Shown here: positions 13,201-26,000 of the stretch, in pieces
Layout: each line of letters begins with the position of its first letter
Numbering within the stretch: position 1 is the first letter of the stretch
Notes under the pieces: generated by a model
What the model was told of the DNA's origin: nothing
Databases searched by the model: none
Seen by the model: only the letters and a program-made list of their open reading frames with translations
Translations under genes and position numbers: made by a program
NCBI GenBank assembly: GCA_000934665.2
Contig: KZ538086.1
Span: forward strand, 62,001 to 126,000
Reading direction: 5' to 3'
Source: Catajapyx aquilonaris
Lineage: Eukaryota
Length of the DNA stretch: 64,000 nucleotides

Positions 13201-14527
13201 CCCTCTAGTACAAGATAAGACCAAATTGAACAGCAGGGGAAAAAGGTTGGCAAGGATCCGGCAGAAGGAGGGTTGTGTAGGTTGCTGCCAGGGATGCAAA
13301 AAGGCGGCGGGATATGGGAATGGGATGGAGAGAGACACGGGCGCGCCCAACACCCGCCCCGATGAGAGAAAATTGCGAAAATGAGATGAAGACGGCAGTG
13401 CTGATGGCTTCCGCTGTTCGTGTCCACTCGGACATCGATTGCAGTAATGAAGCGAAGATGTCATCGCGGAGGAAATGAGCTCAAGCTGAGCCCTTTAAAC
13501 ATGGCCTCCCTCCCTCCCTCCCTCCCTCCCTGCCTCCCACTCCCCCATCCCCTTCAAGCATTGCAGGCTCTTTTCTCTCCTACCGCCACGCGGCCCCGTT
13601 TGTTTTATGGATAATTGATTGTGATGTAATTACTGCCCCTGGTTGGAAATTAGCCCGCTCCAGTCGACCCTTTCCTGTCATAACGTAATTGGGGCTGAGG
13701 CTCTCCAGGCCTTACCCAAGCTCGATCGAGCCGCAAAAATGCGCCCTACCACCACTTCTCTCTCAAAAGCTGCCTTTTACACATACACTGGACGTCAAGA
13801 GGAATGCCGCCACCCTCTCTCCCGCTCGTTTTTTATCGCCGCATAGAACGATTGGCATTCTTTACGAAAAAGTTGCGTCACACGTAAGCTGCGGTTTGAT
13901 TTTTGGGGGGGACCAAAGATGCAATTTTAGCACATACTTGCGAGGTAACCACAGAAGGTTGGTCATGACCCTTATGTGCACAATGCGGATTGCCTGCCCT
14001 TGTCCGCAACAGAGATTAAGGAGCTATTACCTGTGAAATGGCTTCACCTGCGCTGTACGTTTGAACTGGGGAGATGTTTAGGAGAGCAAGTGCGATAGTA
14101 CACTGACGGGCATGGTTGTTCTTGGCGGAACGAGAGTTGTAGGTTTGAACGGGACAAGCGGAACGTAGATGCGGCGGGGGGCCTCATTGTTTGCTCCGGA
14201 AGGACGTGAAAGGTGGAGTGTCTGCCTTCAGGTCATTGCGGAGATAATGCGGGGGTATTGATGTCGCTTTCGGGGAGGACACGGAACCAAGAGGGTGTCA
14301 TGAGCACTGATACGCTGCAAAGTTAACGCCAGCCAGCCGAGAGGAATGTGCAGGGACTGAACTCAACGCGCTTGCCATCAGCCACGGCGATATTAAATAT
14401 TCCCTTGGCCACTTGCGCCGTCTGTACACTCACTTATATTTGTTTTCACGAGGGAACATTGCTCAGTACGAAAATTTAACTTATTCGCCCTCTTTCTAAT
14501 GATTTGAAAATATCAGGTTACTTCTAT

Positions 14528-14549
14528 TAGAAAAGTATATACTTTTCTA
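14528..14549. repeat. Perfect 22-bp palindrome
   Basis: TAGAAAAGTATATACTTTTCTA is its own reverse complement. Confidence 0.95.
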
Positions 14550-17500
14550 CTAACCTTCCTTAAAACAGACAGCTGAATAAATTCATCTAAGCAGTATTCC
14601 TTTCGTGATGACCTGCTGTGTGTTTGGTGAGTATGCAAGCAAACTGCAGGGTTAAAGGTGAAAAAGCGTTCATAATGCTTGCGTGTCCCCTGCCGTTAAT
14701 CCTTCTATGCTTGAAATACCATAACGCCAGCGCCATGATGGACACGTACATTTTGTGACCTCCCGGCGTGTGCACGTATTTGCAGTTCATGGCTTTTGCA
14801 TTTTGTGTACATATGTGCCCGCAATTGACAAGGCTCATTACGCCTCGATTGATCGATTTAACACGCAATTGAAAAGCGATGCTAATATTTCATCCATTTC
14901 CCAAAAAAAAAATATAACCTATATAAATTTTGTTGCGAGTTCATTTCCCAGCGCAGTCAAAATCTGGTTTCCAGGGTAAAGATGCGCATTGTGTCAATAG
15001 GAATTACTATAATTATTATCAGCTACGGTGGGGCTTAGGCACAACCGCACTGTGTATTGCATTTCAAAGCGCCACGCTGGCGCGCTCAAAACCAATAATT
15101 GAATAACCAACAATGGGGAATCATTGTTGATCAAAGGCAACCCGTAATTGGTTTCGAAATTTATTGGACAATCATGGTGAATACCCCACGAATTATTCTG
15201 TCACAGCACGTGTGGACGCGACCTTAACGCTCTCCATGTCGGTCACAGTTTTTTTAAAATTTACTTATTATTGCTCCAGATTTGATTACTGCAGCTATAT
15301 GAAACAAAAGGACCGCCCCTCCCCGCTTGTCTTTCCTTTCCCCCACTTAAACAACGCAGCTGAGTACATCCCCCCTCTTTTGGAAGCATCCCCCTCCCTC
15401 CCCCATCGTAATTCGCCCCCGCTGTCTTCCCCCATGAATTAAAATTGAATCCCCCGCACCCCGAACGCCACGCACGGGGCATTTCAGGATGAAATAGTAT
15501 TCAAGCCAGCACAGGGGCAGACCATGCAGGCCTACCTTTGTGGGGAGATAGGAACAATTATGATTCCGAAATTTGTTCCAGGGAACATTGTGTGGCCGCA
15601 GGCCGCTTAGGGCGAGTATATTAATAAATTCTGTCTGCATGTTTCTCCCCATAAGGGGTAGGGGCTGGAGGCGGTTTTTTGGGAGGGAGAGAGTTGGGTG
15701 TGGGTGGGTAGGTGGGTGAGGGGTAGGGGTGAGCCAGAGCTCGATGAATGCCAGTCGTGGCCCCTCCGATGCTGCAGTGGAAAACCCACCGCGGGCACCG
15801 GAATGTACCCAGGAGAAAGAGGTCAGAATTTTATTAGTAGAAGCATAGGGTATCGACAGTATTCGAGCAGAGAAGGAGTTAAGAGCAGCAGTGGGCCCCA
15901 GGCTAATACCATGCAAAAATATTGGGCTTGATTAAGTTCTAAGGAGCTTTTTACGACCTTTCCACAGCTTGAAAGCAGCACTGTCACCGATTCAGGCGAC
16001 TTTGCCTTTTTTTTTTTGAAATGTACGTGTTGACGTCATCGTGAACTCAGTATGGATCACGCTCGCGGGTGCATTCGTTCATTGTGCACAACGCTAAGGA
16101 GATGCACAGGAGTCCATAACTCGGGGAACTACTCCCACAAATTACATTCCGGTGACATTCCCCCCGAGGCCTCGCACCTTTTCCCCGCTTTCACATGTTC
16201 TCTCGCCCTCTTCATTTCCACCTCCCCTCCACTAGTATAAATATTGCACCTGACGTTCCACGTATTCCGGCCGCCCCCAACACACACATGCGCTTGCGTT
16301 AATAAAAATGTGCTCTTTTCCCACGGGATCGCCCACATACTTGGATTCTGTGGGGAGGATAGCTTACTCCTGTGTGGAGAATACAAAATGGGGAGCGTAT
16401 TCGCCACGGTACGTACGGTTGTAATAAAAGGCGGAAGCGTGCGACACACGGACAAAAAAATATATATGTGCGAGGTTATTCACTGCAGGTATCCGGAAAA
16501 GTTGACAACTTTGTCAGCCTCCAGTCAGTTCCTCGAATTCGACATAAATGTAAGGTGTGTCGTGTCCTGCCCGGTTAAATCACAGAATGCTGCCTGGGAT
16601 GGCGTCCCGATTTTTTTTTTTTTTCTTCTTGGGCGCTTGTGACCCACAAACAAGAACCTAGTTTTCATTAGCGGCTGGCATGAATTTAAAATGCGATGCC
16701 TTGTTAACACTGCTAAATATTTCAATCAAGCTGTTGCAAAACAGAGCCCCTGTTTACAAACACGGCTGATTGGCTTTGAAAATAATGCCCACAGGTGTGA
16801 CCCCCATCGTACACCTTATGAACATGACATTCATGATTGGCTGGTCACGTGCCGGGCCCCACAAAACCCCAGGCGGGATGCTTTTATAAACTGGACAAAA
16901 ATCCTTGGCACATATCACAGGGCCTGGCAGTTGTTTACACCTGTTGCCAAACGCGGCTGTGATTGGGGTGGTAGGGGGGGGGGTAGGTGAGTGAGATAGA
17001 GGGGGGGCTCTCTGTTGGGTGATTTTATGCCCCGGTCAGCTTGCTTTGATCCGTTGGACGTTTCCATTGTCGGGCATGAGCATGAAGCGGACACTGTTTC
17101 TAACTTGGTGTACCATTTTCGGAGCGAGGGGGGTTTCACCAGGGGGTTCGGTTGGTAGCTGNCCTTCCCTGGTCCCCCTCCCAACCGCCCCTGTACCCGC
17201 CCTTTCTAACTCCAGCTGACACGGGCATGACTCTTCGTTTTAATTACGGGGCCGTGGCGTGACGAACCCGCGTATTAGCCACGACCGCTGGACGGTCAGG
17301 TGGTGAATTATGCATGCAGCGAACGCCCTCCCGCCGGCGGAGGCAGCAGAAGCCGTCTCGTTTCCAACTCTCTTGCTTCCAAAACAAAACCGTTCGGTTT
17401 GGGACCAGGAGTACGACTTGGCTGCCACCCCCACAGGGCCAGTCATATCGCACCTATTATTATTTAGTCCAAACGAATCCGGCCAGGATTTCCAGGGGCG

Positions 17501-19832
17501 CCGTCAAACAGGAGCGTTATTGTTGGCCCAAGTGGAGAGTTTCCCAACAACATGGGCATTATCATGGCGATCAACTAATTCCGCCAGTTAATAATGTAAT
17601 ATTCGTGTAAGTTTCCAGTTCGGTTACAGTTGTCCCTGCACATCTATTACGGGCGATTAGTTAAAATAAATCCGTTAATTAAATTAATGTCACTGTGCAA
17701 ATTTATGCATTAGTAATCTGGGAATTAACGTGTTTTTCAACTATTGTTGAACAAATTGTGTGGCCTGTGCAACCAGGGACGTGGCATGTAATGTCCGTCA
17801 TTGTTGCGCAAAAGTATCGAATGTGACCGAACGCAACGTTGTTCCTGTTATAATTATGACATTATTGACCTTGCATTGCGCCGCTTTCGAAAGCCGTAGC
17901 TGGGACCTGGAGTCTAAAAACCAGTGCTACATTCTAATCCCCATCTTGGTCCGGTGTTTTGTTATTACCAACATTGGCGCACACGTTGGAATTATATGGA
18001 CTCGAGGCTGTAACTTTTTGTAAAAAAATTAGTGCAAGCTGCTAGTACTCAAGTTCCGTGCAGTGTGAATAGCCGTGCGTAGATAGGCTTACTGCGGTAC
18101 TTTTTTTATATACCTTTTTGCATTATTTCGAACAGTTAACTGACAGTAGGCAGAAGTGCGGTCCGCTGAGTAATCTGAAATATTATTTCGAGCCTTCTCC
18201 CCTGATGAAAGCCACTTGCGAGGGCAAAAGAAGCTTGCACGCAGCACGAATAGTCCAGGAGCCGCCGGAATTAATATCACGAATATGCGGCCGTTGTGTT
18301 AGTTCCGCTTATATTTTCCTAATACTGCAATGTGGCTTCCCCCGGGCTGCGAGAGCATTAAAATATCGCAGTTTTTTAAAAGTGCAGTTTCCCACCCCTT
18401 TTTCGCACATTCCCCCTGCACACCATCATTCCGGCACGATGGGGGAAAAAATTGAGTTCTGGAATTACAGCGATGACAGCTATGCCCGTGATGTGTAAAT
18501 TTCCGTGTATAACTGCCTAGGCCGATGCGCGGTATTCTGGGCGTGGCGAATTCAGCTTGTACAGATGATGGAGGGTTTGTTACGGGATGGTTGTTGGGTC
18601 AGCCCCTTGCATCTATGCAGGCTTCTGGCCAAGAGAGGCGCTTGGGTTGCGGACACTGCAGGATGAACCTGCCGCAGAATCCAATGACAGGCTGAAACAG
18701 AGGTCGTAAAATGCTGGAAAATGGAGCTGACGAGGTGGGGTCAACACCAGCGTATAAATTTACACTATACTGTACAACAGAAGATTTCATTAGTAGGAGG
18801 GGCTTTTTTCTCTCCCTCTCCCTCTCTCTCTCTCTGCGGACAGGCTTGAAGGTCTGTGTGGCCGGTCGAAAAAGCACGAGCTGAAGAGTCAGTCTAGTCA
18901 GCCGCCAGTAAATTAGCTGGATGAGGGCACCGGACGAAATTTTCTTGCCAAGTGTCCCGGAATGAGCTGTTCCCCGGACGAATCGCGTGATTAAAAATGA
19001 GAGGATGTGGCTCCTCTCTTCGTTTTATTTTTTCAGCCAACCTACCACTGACGGTGCTGCCACTAGAGTCGACTCGAAGGAGTTGTGTTTCTAGGGAATT
19101 GAAATCCGTGGTCATGTTTTTGCGGCTCCGAAATGTTACCCCTCCATCATCATGTGCGGGGGGATAAACGATAACTGGAACACACGCTATTTGGGCTATG
19201 TCTTTTGACTAAATTTCATTAACACGGCATCATTAATCAACCATTATCACCACTTAATACGCTTTAATTGGTGCTTTTGCACTCACTGTCAATCTCCGCC
19301 GAAAGGTAGAAGGAATTTTGCACTTTTTTGCCACCGCAATTAGGCCATTGTGCACATGCAAATAGCCGGGGGCTTCGCCGCTCAAAGGAAACGCCAAATG
19401 CGGAGAGATGCAACGCGTCTGCCCATAAAATGGAACGCAAAAATGCACGTTGCACCCTCCCCATCCCGGAAAAAAATTGCTGTTTAATGGGTTTCTGCTA
19501 CGTGATTACCCGGAACTGCGCTAGGAGCACCAGTGTCACTGCTTTATTTAACTTGAAATGCAGCATGGCGTCGAGTTTAATTTTTAAAGGAGGAAAATCT
19601 GTGCGCTTCCACACCCGCCCCCCCTTCGAATCTAGCCGGGTCCATATACCCGATAGGTATTGTGTTGTGCCCCCAATAATGTAAATGGAACCAAAGTAGC
19701 AGCCGCAACTGCGGCGAAACATCTGCCGCGCCTGTCTATATATGAAAGAACCCACAATACATGCAGGTTGGAGCGTATAAGACCGTCACGACTGTTTCAA
19801 CCCGTCGGATGTTTGCTTTTAAAATGACTGTG

Positions 19833-19833
<1 letters not shown>

Positions 19834-19874
<41 letters not shown>
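19834..19874. repeat. (CT)20 microsatellite
   Basis: Uninterrupted CT dinucleotide run read directly. Confidence 0.97.
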
Positions 19875-19878
<4 letters not shown>

Positions 19879-22800
19879 CGTAAATGTTGCATCGGTGATA
19901 ACCCACCGCGGGTAATTATGAGCAGGCGAAAACAGGCTTTTGCAGGGACATTTGGCGAGATAATTTTGTGGGCCCACCCTTCACACAACCCACGTGCCCT
20001 TTCAAGACGCCCCTGGGAAGGGGCCTCCGGTTGTGTTAGGGAACCCCGGACTGAGTACAGCTACAAAGCAAGTGTAGCGGCATATCATATTTCCTCAAAA
20101 TCCTTCCCCAGGGACTCATAGCCCTGTTGTCATCTCTTTGGGATTGTGCTGACTTACAAAACCACCAAGTTTTGAGAGGTAGGGAGAGGGGGAGAGGAGA
20201 GGAAAAATAAAGGCGAAAAGAAAAAGTGTGGAGCTTTTCTCGGTTCGGGCTCCTTGCAGTAGTTACAGAGCTCGAGTTATCAGAGGCTGCGGGGGAAGGT
20301 TTAGTGTCGGTGTGATCAGAGTGTCGTTAAGCTCATTACCGCACGTCGGGAAAGTCGTAAAGGCGCTGCGTATTGTTGGGAGCGTTTCTGCTTACTCGGG
20401 AAAAGTCAGTGTGTGCGTATAGCGGTAATTTTGTACCAGCCCTCCTTACATCCATTTCAAGGAGAGGAGGTTTAGCTGTACCATTAAGTGCGAAATTGTG
20501 GCGGAATTTGGAGCCTTAAACCGCGTCACTCGTGGCATTACGGGTGCATGCATGAGGATTTATGGCCGGTGATTACCAACACACATGAGATCCGAAAGGG
20601 ACATGTGTATTTTGACAGGCTCGAATTTTTTAGGGCTGTCGAAAGTGTTCATCAGGAGTAGCGTGTTGGATGCTGGAGCTGGCTATACGGAAGTCAATTC
20701 GTCGTATTAAAATGCAGTATAGTTGGGAGCCGAATAGTACAGTTATTTCCCAGGTCGTAGAAGGTTTTATTATCCGATCCGACAGTTTACAGCTTCATCT
20801 GGTTCACACAGGTCGCCCATGGACGCTTGGGCCGAAAAGCGTCGCAGTATTGCGCATTTGTTCGGCTATTGATGCTTACACTGGCTTTATTATTTCCTGC
20901 ATCCTTCCTTTTTACGGTCGCAGCCTGGAGGTAATCATTTTTTCGTCACCTATCACGAGGCTGCAGCATGACTCTGGTATATATAACCATGCAGGGAAGA
21001 GAAAGCAGTCCCTATTATGGGGATGATCAGTGAGACTTTATGCAGTGACGGTATACTTCTTAAGTGCGTCCTATCTCCTCGCGCCAGGGAAGAGAGTTAA
21101 AAAGATGGAGTCATTTTTCTGCTCCAGTGTGTGAAAATGGCCCATGGTAAATAGTGCCTATTTTGGCTCGTAACCTTCCTTGAGCGTTGTAAAAAGCAGC
21201 AGAAATCTTTCAACTACCCGGTCATGTGCGGCCTTCTAGCTACATAAAACCGGGATATGGCTTAATATTATACTTGGTAGCCTCGGCCCATGTTGACACA
21301 ATTTGGGAGCATCTGACCACTATCGCACTTTCCCTCCCCAATTTTGAGTGGACTGGATGTGTAATTAATTAGAATGGCGCAGATTTGGTGTCGTGGGTCA
21401 CGATTGGCATGGGGGGCCGGCTAAATGCGATTTGGGCTGAAGCAGTAGTCGGCAGAAACAGGTAAGACAGCCCGCGAGCAATCGTCTCACATCGCCGATC
21501 ACTTTCCACGTGAGAGAAATACCAAGGCTTGAAGAGATAGCGGGAGGGGGGGGAAAAAAAGAAGCGAACATCTCTACAGTTTTCTTGCTCCAGTCCACTC
21601 ACTGTATGTGGGTCAGATTTTTTTCGCCCAATTTCTAAACCCGACTGCAGTGACACAGCCCGTCGGATTAAATAATGATGATCAGAGCACGCTCAGGTTG
21701 CGTACATTGACGGGATTACATCAAGATAGTTGGGTCGTTTCAAGTTGACAAGTAACGTATAGGATGGCCGGTGCTGGGTAATGTTGCATACCCCTGCAGG
21801 ATGATCGCGTATGCTTCAGAAAGCAGGGTTCCATCTCGCCTGGCTTGATCCGTTGGCATATTGGTAGGAGGCCGGAAAGTTGCAGGGAGTTTACCTGAAT
21901 ATTTGATGGCTTTCTCCGTCTCAGGCCCGCTGCCATATAGCCTTCAGGAGCCCCAGTTGTTTGGCAAGGACGTTTGCTCGTAAGGAAAAGATTTGTTCAC
22001 GTCTTCCTAGGTTATTTTTTCTTCTTCCAATTTTTATATTGCCAGCCCCCTCCTCCAATGCTCCAAATTGGCTGCCTCCGATCCGGCGGGTTATTATTAG
22101 CTAGGAACTTTGGCGGTTTAATTAAAAAGCAACGTTGAGAGGGAGGTAAAGTTAGGTCCCCCGATGGGATTTATCGCGTGGACCACTGGCTATTTTAATG
22201 TTCACCTGATAATTTATTCAGGAGTGAAATTAAAAGCAAACGCGGGGGATGAAGCAAAGCTTAAGTGGGCCGAGAAGCGGTGGTTGGGATATATCCTGAG
22301 GGATTTGCCCCTGGAAATGGATAAAAATCCGGGGAGGGCAAAGAAACAAGTGCACGTCGAGCTACGTAGAGAGAAGAGAGGGAGAGAGAAAGTGGGAAGG
22401 GAATCAGGGAGTATCCAGGTGGAAGAAATATCTTTATGAAAAATGCATCGGGAAGCTTCTGGATTTATGACCTTTTTTGGAGGCGGGGCTTGCCAGGGCT
22501 CCACTTAGACTTGTAGATTCAGTTTGCGAGTCAAAAGGTAACAATTGCATCTCTGGAGATTTTATTTGTTGTTTCTTTCTCTCCTCCTGTTTCCCCCCCA
22601 CTCGTTTTTTTTCCCCCGGCTCGGCAGACTCTGGTTTCTTGTTGCTGCCGGTGACAAATGCAACCTTTGCATTAGTTGGATCCGCCCAAGAGACAAATAG
22701 GCGAGGTAAATTCTTCCATTTAGACGCTCCATAAATTTTCTCATCCGGATTTGGCGCGCCTCAAGTCCGAAGCTCCCCACGATCTGTGACGCCTTTTTTT

Positions 22801-23015
22801 TTTTTTTTGTTTCCTTCTCTTGTATTTTTTTTTCTTATTTTTTCACCCCCTTCTCTTCCGTGCGAGAGTTTACCGGAGGAAGGAGAGGCCAATTTATGGT
22901 TACTTGGTCGCTGGCAATTTCTGCGCGGCTTTGGCCAGGACTTCACGCAGGTTCCCTCGGTGTTTGTTTTAAATGTTTCAATGCATTCCGGTTCTGGTTG
23001 CCACTTTTTTTCTTC

Positions 23016-23046
<31 letters not shown>
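23016..23046. repeat. (CTTT)7+ microsatellite within a long pyrimidine tract
   Basis: Tandem CTTT units read directly. Confidence 0.9.
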
Positions 23047-23047
<1 letters not shown>

Positions 23048-26000
23048 TTTACTCCATCCTACCTCCCTGCCTCTCCTTTTGCCTTCTTTCCCCAACTCGA
23101 TTTGCAACCGCTCTCGCTGTAATGGGAAGGGATCTGGAGTAAATGGCCCTCAATTTTCTCCACTGTCTCCCAGATAAAATGAAACATTAAATTTTTAACG
23201 AGAATTTCCAGGAATGTTTCTTTTGTCTGGCTCTTCTTGGCTTCTCCTCCCGGTTTTGGTGCATCTTCTGCGTAATGTTGCCAGGGCTGAGGAATGCCCT
23301 CGTTCGAGGAGAAAGAGAAAACCGGAATTGACTCGAGTGTTCAGGAATGCTGATCCCGCAGCATTCTGGCAATTTGCAGTATCATAATGACAAAATTGCT
23401 CATCGTGCGTGCATTAGGATTAGAGGAAAAATGTGTAATTATGGGGTTGCGCACTAAATTCTGGTACGTGACATATTATTGCTAATGAATATTTTACGAT
23501 GTTTGTGTGTAAAATCAAATTTTAGTGGATTGCTCGTGTAATGCTGGCGAATCACTTCCCTGTGCAGCGAGTCAGCATAGTGATGTTAATATTCTCTCTG
23601 TGCTGCGCGGGTATATGTGACGGGCACAAGGGCATAGTGTTTGGAAAAAGCAGATTTTTGCTAAGCTGATTATTATTTGTAAAACTCTGCTTCCGGAGAG
23701 GAGTGACCGTTGGTGGTTAATTCGTTCGGTTCGCGGGGCTATTTCGACCGAATGTTGCTCTTACTTAATCTGGACAGTTCAGAGCTGATTGAACATTACC
23801 AAAGCGTTACCCCAACTCGCCCATTAATTACTCAACATTACCCATACCAATCATTCTCCCACCCACTTAACCGTTAATTTTTGTAATTAAACAGTGAATT
23901 TTACATTATACTGAAATTCGAGTGAAAATCACGATACCCCCTATGTGTTAGGAGAAGTGTTTTCATTCTTGTGATCTATTTTTTACAGGCTAATTGAAAA
24001 TATTGGGCACAAGTTAATTATATAGAGCGCCGCCATGTTGTAATCTCATTACAGGTATATATAGTGCCAGTAGTTCATTATTTTTTATCATATTATATTC
24101 ATTGCAGGATGGGGAATGATTATAATAAATGCATTATTTCCTATCATATAGTAAGAATTGAACATCAAGAACATGTCGAGTAAGTGCATGCAGCTCTTAT
24201 CGTACATGGAATTAAATTATAATATGTAAAAGCATTTCAATGCTATTTCACGTGCTCATTGTCTGGGTTTGACAATCGCGTATAAAATGCATTAGTAGAC
24301 TAATAATGAAATTGTGTCTTCATTTGCATTGGTTTCAAAGAATTGAAATTGCAAATGCTGCAGCCTAGAAGTTTTTATAATTGCAATATGCGACGGCTTC
24401 CCAGTATATGTGGTCCTCATCGTACATTTTATGCGTTTGACTGTTAGCTAAATCATATACATCGCCGCTAGAGTTTTTATTTTATTTTTTTACCTGCACT
24501 GTTAGGTACTCGACGGTATATCTTGGCTGTCGAAGGCCACAATTTTAAAAGCACTGCTCCTGCCATAACACTAAATAATGAAAGACTCGGGATTTGTAGC
24601 CATCAGAGGCTGCGGTTTACCCTGTTGTTCTGTAACAAGAAGTAATCGATTTGTGAACCTATGGAACACTTGCCCCTCCATCCCCCACACCCTCTTCATA
24701 ACTCATGTCCCCCCCTCCCCGTTTCGCCTCCACCTTTGAAGTTGAGCAGTTTTATCGGGCGATTTCCACATCCCCCAGACTAAGGAAGAGGCCAGGAGGA
24801 AATGGGGCGGGGTTTCTGGAAGGTTGCGTGGTTGAAGCCCGTCTGAAGAAGCTTCCGGTTTTTCCCTGCACCCCCACCTTCACTTACCCACCTTTTCCTC
24901 CGCCACTACCTTCCATTTTCATATCGGGGCCTTCCTGTTTGCCTCCGTCACCTTTACCTTTTTTCTCTGTGGCCCCGTGTGACGAAGGAACAGTGAATGT
25001 CAATTTCACAGGCCTAAGCGCCTTTGAACTTGAACCACTTTTGCCTATCTTGAAGCCCTTTTTTTTGTGTCGCCCCTCCCTTATCGGCATTGTAATAAAT
25101 TGTTGGCGCCTGGTGCGTGAATGAACGCTCCGAATGCTTTAAACGTTGGAAAGCACCTTTTGTCCCCATAGTCACCTCCCCCTTCCCTCCACCCCCGTTT
25201 CCTCCACCCACCCGAAATGTTTCGTGCATTGTAATAATCTGTTTCGCCTCACTTTGCACATTAATTTGGTCTTTTCTTTATGGTTAACTTAATTATACAT
25301 GTTGTGCGGCATTCGGATGGTTATTTTCTCCCTGCCTGTTGTGCATTATGGTAATCTGGGATTATGATTTTGGCCTTCACTCCTGATGGATTTATGGCCG
25401 GCGCCTCTATCATGTGCAGGTCAGTATATTTTTTTGGAAACGGATCAAAAGACACTGGCGAAGTAAGTCAGTGTCAAGCGAGGGTTGGAAAAAGTCACGC
25501 CATTATGACGCTCATGCGCCGCTGTGTCAGGCCCGAAATATCTCGGATGAAATAACACGCCCTAATAAAGCGAGATACACTCCCACGATAATCTGAGTAG
25601 TCTGGGGGGGAGGGAAAAAAAAGTGTTAAAAACTGCCCAGCTCACCTGCACTGTTCAGTACTGCACGACTTCAAAACACTAACTATAATGAAATAAGTTA
25701 CTAACGTAAATACAGTGTTCCAGTGCGCAGCGTTACAGTTTTTCCTGAATAATAATTGTGAACCAAGTTAGGGAAGTAAATACAATGATGCGCTGTTCCT
25801 GACTGCTCCCAAAATAAAACGAGCTTCTGTACAGTACTATCCATGCTCTGTGTTAACATAGCCAGCACAAAGGACGGGAGGGGAGGGAGGGAGGGAAAGG
25901 GGGAGAGAAAAAAAAGAGGGAGCAGTCTGCAAATCTGGAATTGCACCGTGGAGTTTCTATATCTATTCAAGCCGCGCGTCTCATCTTTGCCCAATCAGAA

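Noticed and set aside
14956..14979. VKIWF peptide resembling homeodomain helix 3
   Set aside because: It continues PG-stop rather than QNRR, and no helix 1/2 sequence is present upstream.
23717..23740. TTCGTTCGGTTCGCG similar to miR-375
   Set aside because: The seed region differs and there is no complementary upstream arm.
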